A stretch of 26,002 nt of DNA from a virus (Duplodnaviria > Caudoviricetes): the IMG/VR virus record IMGVR_UViG_3300025141_000642, positions 1-26,002 of that record; one strand, 5' to 3'. Position numbers and translations under genes: made by a program. The notes beneath the pieces were generated by a model. That model had not been told where the DNA came from, ran no database searches, and worked only from the letters and a program-made list of their open reading frames with translations. Below, in pieces: positions 1-7,756 of this stretch (the stretch's first letter is position 1; each line of letters starts with the position of its first letter).

Positions 1-78
1 GATTGCCCCGTAGTAATGACGGGGGCGGGTCCATCGGCGGGGTTCTAGGATTGCCCGGGCCTCTGTTTCTGTTTTCAT
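1..78 (-). CDS. Hypothetical phage protein, 5' part only (MKTETEARAILEPRRWTRPRHYYGAI...), runs off the left edge
   Basis: ATG at 78 preceded by an AGAGGA SD-like motif on the minus strand; open to position 1. Not in the ORF track. Confidence 0.6.
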   Translation of the reverse strand, partial: MKTETEARAILEPRRWTRPRHYYGAI

Positions 79-124
79 TTCGCGTTGTCCTCTGCTGTTG
101 TTCGTTGGGGTTAGATATGACTAA

Positions 125-152
125 GCCCCGGGGGAGCAAGTCCGCCCGGGGC
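125..152. other. GC-rich intergenic hairpin (processing site or weak terminator)
   Basis: GCCCCGGG (125-132) pairs with CCCGGGGC (145-152); inner GGA/TCC closes a GCAAG loop. Lies between two minus-strand genes with no clear U-tract. Confidence 0.4.
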
Positions 153-166
153 CGGGACCCTGGCGG

Positions 167-634
167 CTAGACTGCCGCCAGGGTTGCCAGGTGCGCCTCC
201 AGGGAACCGCGCACCAGGTCGAGGACTTCTAGCCGCTCGGCCAGGTGGCCACCTTGGAGCAGGCCAGCCGTGCCGTCACCCAGGGAACCGTATTCCTGCG
301 CCCAATCGTCGCAATAGCTGAAGCGGTGCCCGTGGGACGCGAGCCATAAAGCCAGCTGGTAATTCCGGTGTTCGTACTCGTAACCGTCCCGGGCTTCGTC
401 TGGGTCCTCGGATTCCTCGAGGGCGTCCAGGGCTTCGACAATGAACGCGTACCGGTAATCATCGGGGAACATGTCCCCGTGTGCCGTGTGGCAAAGTTCG
501 CCTATCCAATCGGGCGCGCATCGGTTGGCGGTCCAATACTCGGACCCATCGGGGCGCGTCTCGAGCGAGAACGCGCACCGGGCCAACTTGGCCAGCTCCT
601 GGACCGTCTCGGGGGGTGGGGTCTTGTAATCCAT
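167..634 (-). CDS. Acidic helical hypothetical phage early protein (155 aa, MDYKTPPP...), possibly a distant Ocr-like DNA mimic
   Basis: ORF track 167..727, but the ATG at 634 has a strong AGGAGG SD and lies downstream of a sigma70-like promoter. The central segment is D/E-rich (EALDALEESEDPDEARDGYEYE). Confidence 0.75.
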   Translation of the reverse strand: MDYKTPPPETVQELAKLARCAFSLETRPDGSEYWTANRCAPDWIGELCHTAHGDMFPDDYRYAFIVEALDALEESEDPDEARDGYEYEHRNYQLALWLASHGHRFSYCDDWAQEYGSLGDGTAGLLQGGHLAERLEVLDLVRGSLEAHLATLAAV

Positions 635-686
635 CGGGTTGCCTCCTGTTGTGTGTGTATTTCGGCGCGGTGGGCGCCGTGGAATC

Positions 687-715
687 AGTATGCCTGAACA
701 CGCCCTAAAATGCAA
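687..715 (-). promoter_or_regulatory. Sigma70-like promoter for the leftward genes
   Basis: Minus strand TTGCAT (715-710), 17-nt spacer, CATACT (692-687), about 50 nt upstream of the ATG at 634. Confidence 0.65.
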
Positions 716-727
716 CACATTACGCAT

Positions 728-836
728 TTATATATAAGGAGTAAGTAACTAGCTAGCTACTTAGTTACTAAGTAGCTTGTAACCGTAGCTTAAGCGGAGG
801 TTACAAGCTAGCCAGTAGCAAGCTACTGCGCGCGCG
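728..836. repeat. Cluster of overlapping inverted repeats/palindromes (candidate origin or packaging/terminus signal)
   Basis: TTATATATAA 728-737; AGTAACTA/TAGTTACT 744-751/762-769; AGCTACTTAG/CTAAGTAGCT 755-764/768-777; TAGCTTGTAACC/GGTTACAAGCTA 773-784/799-810; GCTTAAGC 788-795; CAGTAGC/GCTACTG 813-819/822-828; (GC)n 828-836. Confidence 0.85.
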
Positions 837-898
837 AGCACTTCGGCAGGGGCCTACGTGCTCACTTGCTGAACGGCTCTTTTTTGGCGTTTTTTGGC

Positions 899-928
899 TT
901 GACTCGGACGCCGTCCCGGGCTGAATAT
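899..928 (+). promoter_or_regulatory. Possible sigma70-like promoter giving a leaderless terS mRNA
   Basis: TTGACT 899-904, 18-nt spacer, weak -10 GAATAT 923-928, preceded by T-tracts. The ATG at 936 lies 7 nt further on with no SD. Confidence 0.35.
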
Positions 929-935
929 TTACGGC

Positions 936-1688
936 ATGAGTGCAAAAAAGGACCAGCAACAAACCGAGGATATGGATCAGCAGACGGCCTTTGAACTGGT
1001 GCGCCCTGGCCTCGGGGACCAGGACCAGGACGGCGAGCTGGACCAGGACCGCAAGCCAACCGAGGGCGAGCGGTTGCAGGCGTTTGTTGATTCCTCTGCC
1101 CCATCACCGGAAAGAAAAAGAGCCCTGCTTGAGCTGGCCATGTGGGACCGGCAAGAGCGGTTCTTGGCCGCCTATGCGGCTTGCGGGACCTTGACTCATG
1201 CCTGCGAGGCTGCCGGGGTTTCTCAGCGGACCGTCAGAGACTGGCGAAGTGCGGACCGGCTCGGGTTCCTGGCCAGGATGGACGGGTCCTCGGAATCATT
1301 CGCTGACCGCCTGGAGGCGGTTGCGTGGGACCTGGTCAAGCGGTTAAAGCCCGGCAACAGTCCGATGCTATTGCTGGCCATGCTCAATGCAAAACGTAGC
1401 CATCAGTACAGGCCCGCCGTCCAGGTGGACCCGGTGACGGCGCGGGACACTCTCTCGGAACTGCGCCAGCTCGCCAGCTCTGGGCCCGGTGGACCAGTGG
1501 ACCCGGTCCAGGACCAGGGCGCGGCGGCGGTAGCGGAGGCCGAGCGGCTGTTGGGGACCAGAGCTGCACCTGGTCCAGGACTCCGCCCTATAGAGGCGGA
1601 GCACTGGGGGGCCGGAGAAACAGCGGCAAGCGGCGGAAGTGGACCGGAACCAGCGGACCAGGAGCCAGGTGGCGAGGCGGTGATTTAA
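936..1688 (+). CDS. terS: Terminase small subunit (HTH type)
   Basis: QERFLAAYAACGTLTHACEAAGVSQRTVRDWR is an HTH typical of TerS, followed by DRLEAVA...SPMLLLAMLNA oligomerisation helices; located upstream of terL. Confidence 0.8.
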   Translation: MSAKKDQQQTEDMDQQTAFELVRPGLGDQDQDGELDQDRKPTEGERLQAFVDSSAPSPERKRALLELAMWDRQERFLAAYAACGTLTHACEAAGVSQRTVRDWRSADRLGFLARMDGSSESFADRLEAVAWDLVKRLKPGNSPMLLLAMLNAKRSHQYRPAVQVDPVTARDTLSELRQLASSGPGGPVDPVQDQGAAAVAEAERLLGTRAAPGPGLRPIEAEHWGAGETAASGGSGPEPADQEPGGEAVI

Positions 1689-1785
1689 TGGAAGCGGGCG
1701 CGCGGACCCCCGGCATGGCTTGGCGCGCGTGGGTTTATTTAAGTACCTACCCTCGACAATTCATTTTCTGCAAAAGGAGCCTTCG

Positions 1786-2193
1786 ATGTCAGACAGCCAG
1801 CTAAAGCGCCAGCCCCGATCGTTGTGTGAATACTTCTCGCAGTTCGAGGAGTACGAGGGCACTGTTTGGTATGACGGGGATGGGGAATTCGATGCAGCGT
1901 TCGTAGGGTTTGCCTGGCAGGCTTCTGTGGGGCCGATCGTGGTCTATGACCAGGACAAGGTGTTGGACATCATGGTGGCTACGAGGGAGTACGACGGGGA
2001 CGAGCCGATGATCGATGCTCTGGATGATTTTGGGGTGAACGTGCAGGGGACGTATGCCGGTGAGCGCACCCCCATCTTCCTGACTTACGTGGAAGACGGG
2101 GCAGTGGAGGATATCTTGAAGCGTCAGTCAGTGGCCTCATTGAGTGGGTGGTCTATGGAGATAGCTGCTGAGGGGGTCACAGAGATCAACTGA
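1786..2193 (+). CDS. Conserved phage hypothetical protein (135 aa)
   Basis: AAAGGAG SD before the ATG at 1786 (ORF track start 1720 is a TTG). The pattern FDAAFVG...VVYDQDKV...FGVNVQGTYAGERTPIF resembles a common phage hypothetical family. Stop overlaps the terL start (TGATG). Confidence 0.8.
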   Translation: MSDSQLKRQPRSLCEYFSQFEEYEGTVWYDGDGEFDAAFVGFAWQASVGPIVVYDQDKVLDIMVATREYDGDEPMIDALDDFGVNVQGTYAGERTPIFLTYVEDGAVEDILKRQSVASLSGWSMEIAAEGVTEIN

Positions 2194-3530
2194 TGCCGTT
2201 AGCACCCGCCATAGTCGATTATTTGTTTGACAAGGTGCAGTTTGAGCCTACCGAGTTGCAGCGTGGGATCTTGGGTAGTCGCAAGCGGTATGTGTTGGTG
2301 AGTGGTGGTGAGCAGGCTGGGAAGAGCATGGTGGCGAGTAAGTATCTGCTCAGTCGGTTCATGGAGACGGAGGGGCCTGGGTTGTACTGGTTGGTAGCAG
2401 CGGACTATGAGCGTACACGCGCTGAGTTTGATTACTTGGTGGGTGATTTCGCTGCGTTAGGGGTTCTTGCTGAGTCTAGCAAGCGTGTTGATCCGGGGCG
2501 GATCGTGTTGGCAGATGGGACGAGGATCGAGACCAAGAGCGGTAAGGACCCTCGCACATTGGCTATGCGGGCACCTAACGGGATAGTGGGCTGTGAGGCT
2601 AGTCAGTTGGATCATGAGACGTTCTACCGGATTCGGAGCAGGTTAGCGCCGAAGAAGGGGTGGATGTTCTTGAGTGGGACTATGGAGGGTTCTTTGGGTT
2701 GGTACCCGCAGTTGGCCACAGCGTGGCAGGCGGGTGCTGGGGATGAGCAGAGTTTCACTTTGCCTAGTTGGAGTAACCATCATCTTTACCCTGGTGGCAA
2801 AGATGATCCGGAGATAGTGGCTCTGAAGGATAACAGTCCGGACGAGTTCTTTTTGGAGCGTATCGAGGGGATACCTTGCCCGCCTACCGGGTTGGTATTC
2901 ACGGAGTTTAGGGCTGACTTGCATCTGGAGGATGTGAAGTACGAGCCGGGGTTGCCGGTGCATATCTGGATGGACCCTGGGTATGCGGGGGCGTATGCGG
3001 TCGAGGTTGTGCAGATCGTAGATGAGCAGGTGCGTGTGATCGATGAGGTCTACGAAAGAGGGCTTGTTACAGACGAGATCATCAGGGTGTGTCAGTCCCG
3101 GGAGTGGTGGCAGGACGTTCAATATGGGGCGATTGATGTGGCTGGTAATCAGCATCAGGCTATGGCGGCGCCGACTGAGGTGTGGTTGAAGCAGACTGGT
3201 TTATATCTTGCGAATCAGCGTGTGCGTATCAACGAGGGCACAGAGCGTCTCAAGGCTTTTTTCAAGCCAGACCCGCTCAGTGGCAGGCCGAAGATAGTGA
3301 TCTCTCCCCGGGCGGCTGGGGTATTGAGTGAGCTTGGGGCTGCGCCGAACCCATTCGATGGGCAGACGCGGGTTTACAAGTGGAAGACCGACCGTGACGG
3401 GAACATCGTGGGGCAGAGTCCGGAGGACAAATATAACCACGGGGTTAAAGCGCTTATATACGGGATTGTGGATAGGTTCGGCTATGGGGTTATCCGTGAT
3501 CGTGAGCGTATCAAGGTGAAACGGTGGTGA
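2193..3530 (+). CDS. terL: Terminase large subunit
   Basis: Adenine-binding-like motif PTELQ, Walker A-like SGGEQAGKS, Walker B-like GIVGCE, coupling motif FLSGT, RNase H-like nuclease with WMDPG and AIDVAG; directly before the portal. Confidence 0.92.
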   Translation: MPLAPAIVDYLFDKVQFEPTELQRGILGSRKRYVLVSGGEQAGKSMVASKYLLSRFMETEGPGLYWLVAADYERTRAEFDYLVGDFAALGVLAESSKRVDPGRIVLADGTRIETKSGKDPRTLAMRAPNGIVGCEASQLDHETFYRIRSRLAPKKGWMFLSGTMEGSLGWYPQLATAWQAGAGDEQSFTLPSWSNHHLYPGGKDDPEIVALKDNSPDEFFLERIEGIPCPPTGLVFTEFRADLHLEDVKYEPGLPVHIWMDPGYAGAYAVEVVQIVDEQVRVIDEVYERGLVTDEIIRVCQSREWWQDVQYGAIDVAGNQHQAMAAPTEVWLKQTGLYLANQRVRINEGTERLKAFFKPDPLSGRPKIVISPRAAGVLSELGAAPNPFDGQTRVYKWKTDRDGNIVGQSPEDKYNHGVKALIYGIVDRFGYGVIRDRERIKVKRW

Positions 3531-3536
3531 TGTTGA

Positions 3537-5432
3537 ATGGCTAAATCTGATTGCGATCCAGACGAGATCATGCAGGCTGTCCAGCGTCACGAGGATGAGA
3601 CGGAGTCCTTACGTGAGCGGATGGAAGAGGACTATGACCTTTATCGTTTGACGCCATATGACGCAGGTGATGGTTATCAGTCTTACACCAGTAATGAGCC
3701 GCAGACGTATGCGGACAAGATAATCGGTTGGATGTCTGCTCACAGGTTGATCGTGAGCGTTCCCCACCGTGGAGATGCGTTGCAGGAGCGTGAGCGTAAC
3801 GACCAGAAAGAGAGGTTCTTGATCGGGCTTTTGAAGGCTGTTGATGAAGAGCTGACCATGAACCAGCTTGAGCCCAGGTTGCAGCAGACGTTGTCATCGA
3901 TGATCTGTCTGCGTGGTTGGTATGCCGGTCGTGCTTTATTGGCCAAGGATGAGGATGACGAGTCGACATATGTGAGTGTTCAGCCCTGGGACCCGATGCA
4001 CACGTACTGGAGTCTTGGCCGACGTGGGTTGGATTGGGCTTGTTACAAGGTCAGGCGCACATTGCAGGAGATACGTGCTGAGTATCCCGATTTTGAGCTT
4101 GACGAATGGACTATCGGTAATGAGAACCCTGACGAGTTCGGGTTGGACGTCTATGACTATTACGACCGGACAGAGAATTGTGTGGTTATCCAGGGCAAGT
4201 TCGCCAAGAAGCCGCAGGAGCACGGATCCAAGAGAGTGCCGGTGTTCCTGGGGATGGTTGGGGCTATGCCTCGTGTCCAGGGGCGTTTCAACGGGCGTTT
4301 AGACCCCGACATGATGGCTGAGTACGGAGAGAGTCTGTTCCGTTCCAACCGGGGGTTGTACGACAAACACAACTTCACCATGTCCGTGATGATGGAGATG
4401 GTGGCCAGGGCGCAGAAGCAGACCGTATTGGTGCGTTCCAGGGACGGTTCCAAGTCTCTGGATGAAGACCCGTATGTGGCTGGTAGTGAGATAAGCCTGG
4501 CAGAGGGTGAGAATGTCGAGCCTTTGGGCTTACTTGAGGTAGCTCGAGAGACCGGGGCTTACATGGGTCTGGTCTCTGGCGAGCTGCAGCGTGGTTCCTT
4601 GCCACATTCTGTGCATGGGGAGTTGGAGTTCCAGCTCTCTGGTTTCGCCATCAATACGCTGAGGCAGGGCATCCAGACAGTGCTTGAGCCCCGTCTGGAC
4701 GCTATGAGGACCTGCTACACGCAGATATGCAACATGCTGTCTGACCAGTATGCGACCGGCGCTTTCGACGCGATGGAGCTTTCTGGTTTTGCGAACAATC
4801 GGCAGTGGTTCAGCGAAGAGATCACCTACGACATGATCGAGGGCGTAGGCGCCCCTGAGATCGATTTCGTAGGCAATCTGCCGCAGGACGAGATGTCCAA
4901 GATGTCGATGGCTCAGATGGCTCGTGAGGGCCAGACGCCGCTTCTGGATGACCGGACGATACGTGATGAGATCCTGGGTCTCCAGTCTGCTGACGAGGTA
5001 GAGAACCAGATCAAGGAACAGATGGGTGAGCGGATGCTCCCGGAAGCTGCTATGTGGACGATCATGAAGGCCACAGAGGAACGTGGCAGGCCAGACCTGG
5101 CCCAGTTCTACATGGGCGCACTGATGGAGATATTGCAGCAAAAACAGATGATGCAGCAGCAGATGATGGCCGGGCCAGGTGCTGCTCCACCCAGCCCTGG
5201 CTCTCCCCCCGGTCCCCCTGGGCCTGGGGGTTTACCTCCTTCACCTGCGGGTCCAGGCGGGGCCGGTCCTGGTTTAAGACCGGAGGTCATGCCAAACGCC
5301 GGTCTGGGAGTCCCGCCTCCGATGCCTACTCCGCAGGGAGGGCCTAACGTCCCGGAGGGATCGCCAAGACCTGGCGGTCAGCAGGAAGTGGAAAGACTAA
5401 GAAGAATGGGCCTGTTCGGGCCAAGGGGTTAG
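3537..5432 (+). CDS. Portal protein (head-tail connector) with Q/P/G-rich C-terminal tail
   Basis: 631 aa directly after terL. Podovirus portal-like features (VQPWDPMHTYW, YGESLF, SGFAINTL) and a long low-complexity C-terminus. Confidence 0.85.
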   Translation: MAKSDCDPDEIMQAVQRHEDETESLRERMEEDYDLYRLTPYDAGDGYQSYTSNEPQTYADKIIGWMSAHRLIVSVPHRGDALQERERNDQKERFLIGLLKAVDEELTMNQLEPRLQQTLSSMICLRGWYAGRALLAKDEDDESTYVSVQPWDPMHTYWSLGRRGLDWACYKVRRTLQEIRAEYPDFELDEWTIGNENPDEFGLDVYDYYDRTENCVVIQGKFAKKPQEHGSKRVPVFLGMVGAMPRVQGRFNGRLDPDMMAEYGESLFRSNRGLYDKHNFTMSVMMEMVARAQKQTVLVRSRDGSKSLDEDPYVAGSEISLAEGENVEPLGLLEVARETGAYMGLVSGELQRGSLPHSVHGELEFQLSGFAINTLRQGIQTVLEPRLDAMRTCYTQICNMLSDQYATGAFDAMELSGFANNRQWFSEEITYDMIEGVGAPEIDFVGNLPQDEMSKMSMAQMAREGQTPLLDDRTIRDEILGLQSADEVENQIKEQMGERMLPEAAMWTIMKATEERGRPDLAQFYMGALMEILQQKQMMQQQMMAGPGAAPPSPGSPPGPPGPGGLPPSPAGPGGAGPGLRPEVMPNAGLGVPPPMPTPQGGPNVPEGSPRPGGQQEVERLRRMGLFGPRG

Positions 5433-5435
5433 AAG

Positions 5436-7280
5436 ATGCCAATATCAGTGCAACAATTTGACGTAATCGCAGCAGTTAGTGGTATTAGAGAGGCTTTGCG
5501 ACTTGCGGAAGAAGCAGGTGGCGTTACTGGCACTAGAGATGCGCCTACCCAGATGGATTTAGGTGCTCCAGATCCTAGCCGCCCTTATATAACTGGTGAG
5601 CTTACTGGTCAGGGTGGCCAATTTATGCCAGGCACTGTTGTAACTGATACCTCTCAGGGCATCGGTGCGGCTGGTACAGCAACCAGTGGGAATATCTTGG
5701 GAGGCGGTGGCCTTGCAGCAGATGTATATAGCCCTGAAGAGAGAAATCTGCAAGACATCATGAATATGTATCAAGGTGATACATCAAACCTGCCAGCGAA
5801 CGCTCCTGCAGCAGTTCCTGCAGCAGGTTCTAATATGGTTCATGCGTATAACCCCCCAAATCACCCAACTGATCCTGGGGCATATGTCGGTTTCATGTCA
5901 GCCGCTGATGCTGCTTTTGCGAATTATGTGGTTGGTGATGCACCTGGAGCGGCAACTAATGGAGCGGCAGCTAATGGCGCTCCTGGCGCTACAGTATCGC
6001 TGGACCAGTCGATATTAGACAAGGTCATGGCCGGGACTATCATCCCGACGTCAGACCTGGCACAGATAGAAAATGCAACTATCAGGGAACAAGCAGCTAC
6101 TCAGTTAGCAAAACTGCTGGTTGCTGGACTTGGGAACACCCAGGCTGCCATACAAGAGATATCTTCCATCTATCAGCAATACATCGACCTTCCAGGCATG
6201 GAAGCGCTGAATTTCAATGACTGGGCTGTCAGTGCCGGTCTGGACTGGGCTCAGGTACCACCGCTTGAAGCACAGCCAGCAGTGAACGTAGATCCTGGCA
6301 GCATAGCTGACCCGATGTTTCTGGATGATGCTGGCGCAAGAGAAGCTGAAGGTTTTGGCAGTGTTTTAGATGAGCCGCCAGGTGATCCTCAAATGGTTGG
6401 CACAGAAGACACCATGTCGCTTGAGTACATCAATAAATTCCTTTCAGCCTTTCTGGATTCCTATCCCAATGACCCAGAAGCAGCTTTACAGGCTGCTGCT
6501 AATTGGGCAGTGCAAAACGGAACCGTTTTTGGAGGGCAGGCTTTCACTGATGTGAATGATGCCCTGGCTCTCTTTAGAGGCGCTACCGGACCAGACCCGT
6601 TAGGCACTGGTGTGCCTAGAGCCCAACCATACCCATCAGGAACGGTGCCTCTAAGCGATTTAGTTTCCTATTGGGGCACTCCAGCGTCCTTGCGGTCTTT
6701 TGCCCAGATATATCCAGGGTTCACTTCTATGATTCCGGGTTCCAGCGCGAGTCCTGCAGTCGCTAGTGCGTATAGAGCTGCTGCAGCCCCGCTGGAAACC
6801 CAATGGTTAGCTAGACAAGCCACTACACCATTCAATCTTGGCGGTACTGAAGCTGCTGTATCTGCTCCCCGGTCGTGGCTGGAAGGACTGCACAGTGGTG
6901 ATCAGTCTTTGATGATAGGTGACAACTACGCACAATTCTTACGTGATCTGAGCGCGTCTTTGCTCAACACTGATCCTACGCAGCAAGTTGCGGGTCTAGC
7001 TCCAGGAATAGAAGGGCAGATGAAGAGTTTATTTGGAGACGCAGCCGCTCAAGTGGCTGCTTACAAGAACCCATTCTACAGGGCTACTGCAGGTTCTCCT
7101 GCTGCAAGGCAGGCGATCATGAATCAGATCGACCAAGCAGCTCAACGGTATATGTACCAGGAGCCTGGCGGCCAGTTCCTGCCTTGGGCCATTGGAGAGA
7201 ATATCGGCGGCATCCAAGGCATCTTGCCTGGCTTGACCCCTCATGCAGAAGGGATGCTTGGGGCATTTGGCAATCGATAG
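5436..7280 (+). CDS. Putative internal virion/ejection protein (614 aa)
   Basis: A/G/Q/P-rich with no Cys; lies between the portal and the giant protein. No recognisable enzymatic motif. Confidence 0.6.
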   Translation: MPISVQQFDVIAAVSGIREALRLAEEAGGVTGTRDAPTQMDLGAPDPSRPYITGELTGQGGQFMPGTVVTDTSQGIGAAGTATSGNILGGGGLAADVYSPEERNLQDIMNMYQGDTSNLPANAPAAVPAAGSNMVHAYNPPNHPTDPGAYVGFMSAADAAFANYVVGDAPGAATNGAAANGAPGATVSLDQSILDKVMAGTIIPTSDLAQIENATIREQAATQLAKLLVAGLGNTQAAIQEISSIYQQYIDLPGMEALNFNDWAVSAGLDWAQVPPLEAQPAVNVDPGSIADPMFLDDAGAREAEGFGSVLDEPPGDPQMVGTEDTMSLEYINKFLSAFLDSYPNDPEAALQAAANWAVQNGTVFGGQAFTDVNDALALFRGATGPDPLGTGVPRAQPYPSGTVPLSDLVSYWGTPASLRSFAQIYPGFTSMIPGSSASPAVASAYRAAAAPLETQWLARQATTPFNLGGTEAAVSAPRSWLEGLHSGDQSLMIGDNYAQFLRDLSASLLNTDPTQQVAGLAPGIEGQMKSLFGDAAAQVAAYKNPFYRATAGSPAARQAIMNQIDQAAQRYMYQEPGGQFLPWAIGENIGGIQGILPGLTPHAEGMLGAFGNR

Positions 7281-7302
7281 TGATCTGAGGAGATAAGTCT
7301 AT

Positions 7303-7743
7303 ATGGCTACTAATCCGTTTGCACAATTCATCAGTGGCGAGGCTTTAACCGCTCAGCCGAAATTGAGTTATCTATCTCTACTCGGTGATCAAAGAAGGTC
7401 TAAAGACCCCTCCAGCAGATATGAGTATTTCGACTGGCAAGGTCAGGAAAGAGATTACCAGCGTCCGTCTAGAGGGTCTATCGCTCAACACGAGATGTTT
7501 GGCAATCCCTTTGGCACCAGTCCTGCGTCCCGTCGTTATTTCCAGGGGCAATTCCAGAACATATACGACGAGTTCTTAGGTCAGCAAGGTAAGTCTTTGC
7601 AAGGTGGCCAGATGCCAGCTCAGAATTTCCAGCAGTTCCTGCAGGAGTTCCCGTTCACACAGCGTTACGCAGCATTGCCTCCTGAGATGACAGGAAGGAC
7701 TCAAGGTAGCTTTGCTCCCCGGGTGCAGTATTCGTATCTGTAA
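7303..7743 (+). CDS. Putative small internal virion/ejection protein (146 aa)
   Basis: GAGGAG SD; Q/F/G-rich with no Cys; lies between two larger putative ejection genes. Confidence 0.6.
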   Translation: MATNPFAQFISGEALTAQPKLSYLSLLGDQRRSKDPSSRYEYFDWQGQERDYQRPSRGSIAQHEMFGNPFGTSPASRRYFQGQFQNIYDEFLGQQGKSLQGGQMPAQNFQQFLQEFPFTQRYAALPPEMTGRTQGSFAPRVQYSYL

Positions 7744-7756
7744 TAGGTGATGGGTT

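Noticed and set aside
635-727. N-terminal extension of the 167..727 ORF
   Set aside because: It overlaps the predicted promoter; the ATG at 634 has a strong SD.
1720-1785. TTG start for the 1720..2193 ORF
   Set aside because: The ATG at 1786 has a clear AAAGGAG SD, and the extension crosses an AT-rich intergenic-like patch.
5140-5380. Collagen-like or repeat element in the portal C-terminus
   Set aside because: A Q/P/G-rich disordered tail without sustained Gly-X-Y periodicity; common in podovirus-type portals.
5430-5438. TAG read-through or recoding fusing the portal to the 614-aa protein (in frame, 3-nt gap)
   Set aside because: TAG behaves as a normal stop elsewhere (scaffold, com-like gene), the long ORFs need no recoding, and an AAGGGG SD precedes 5436.
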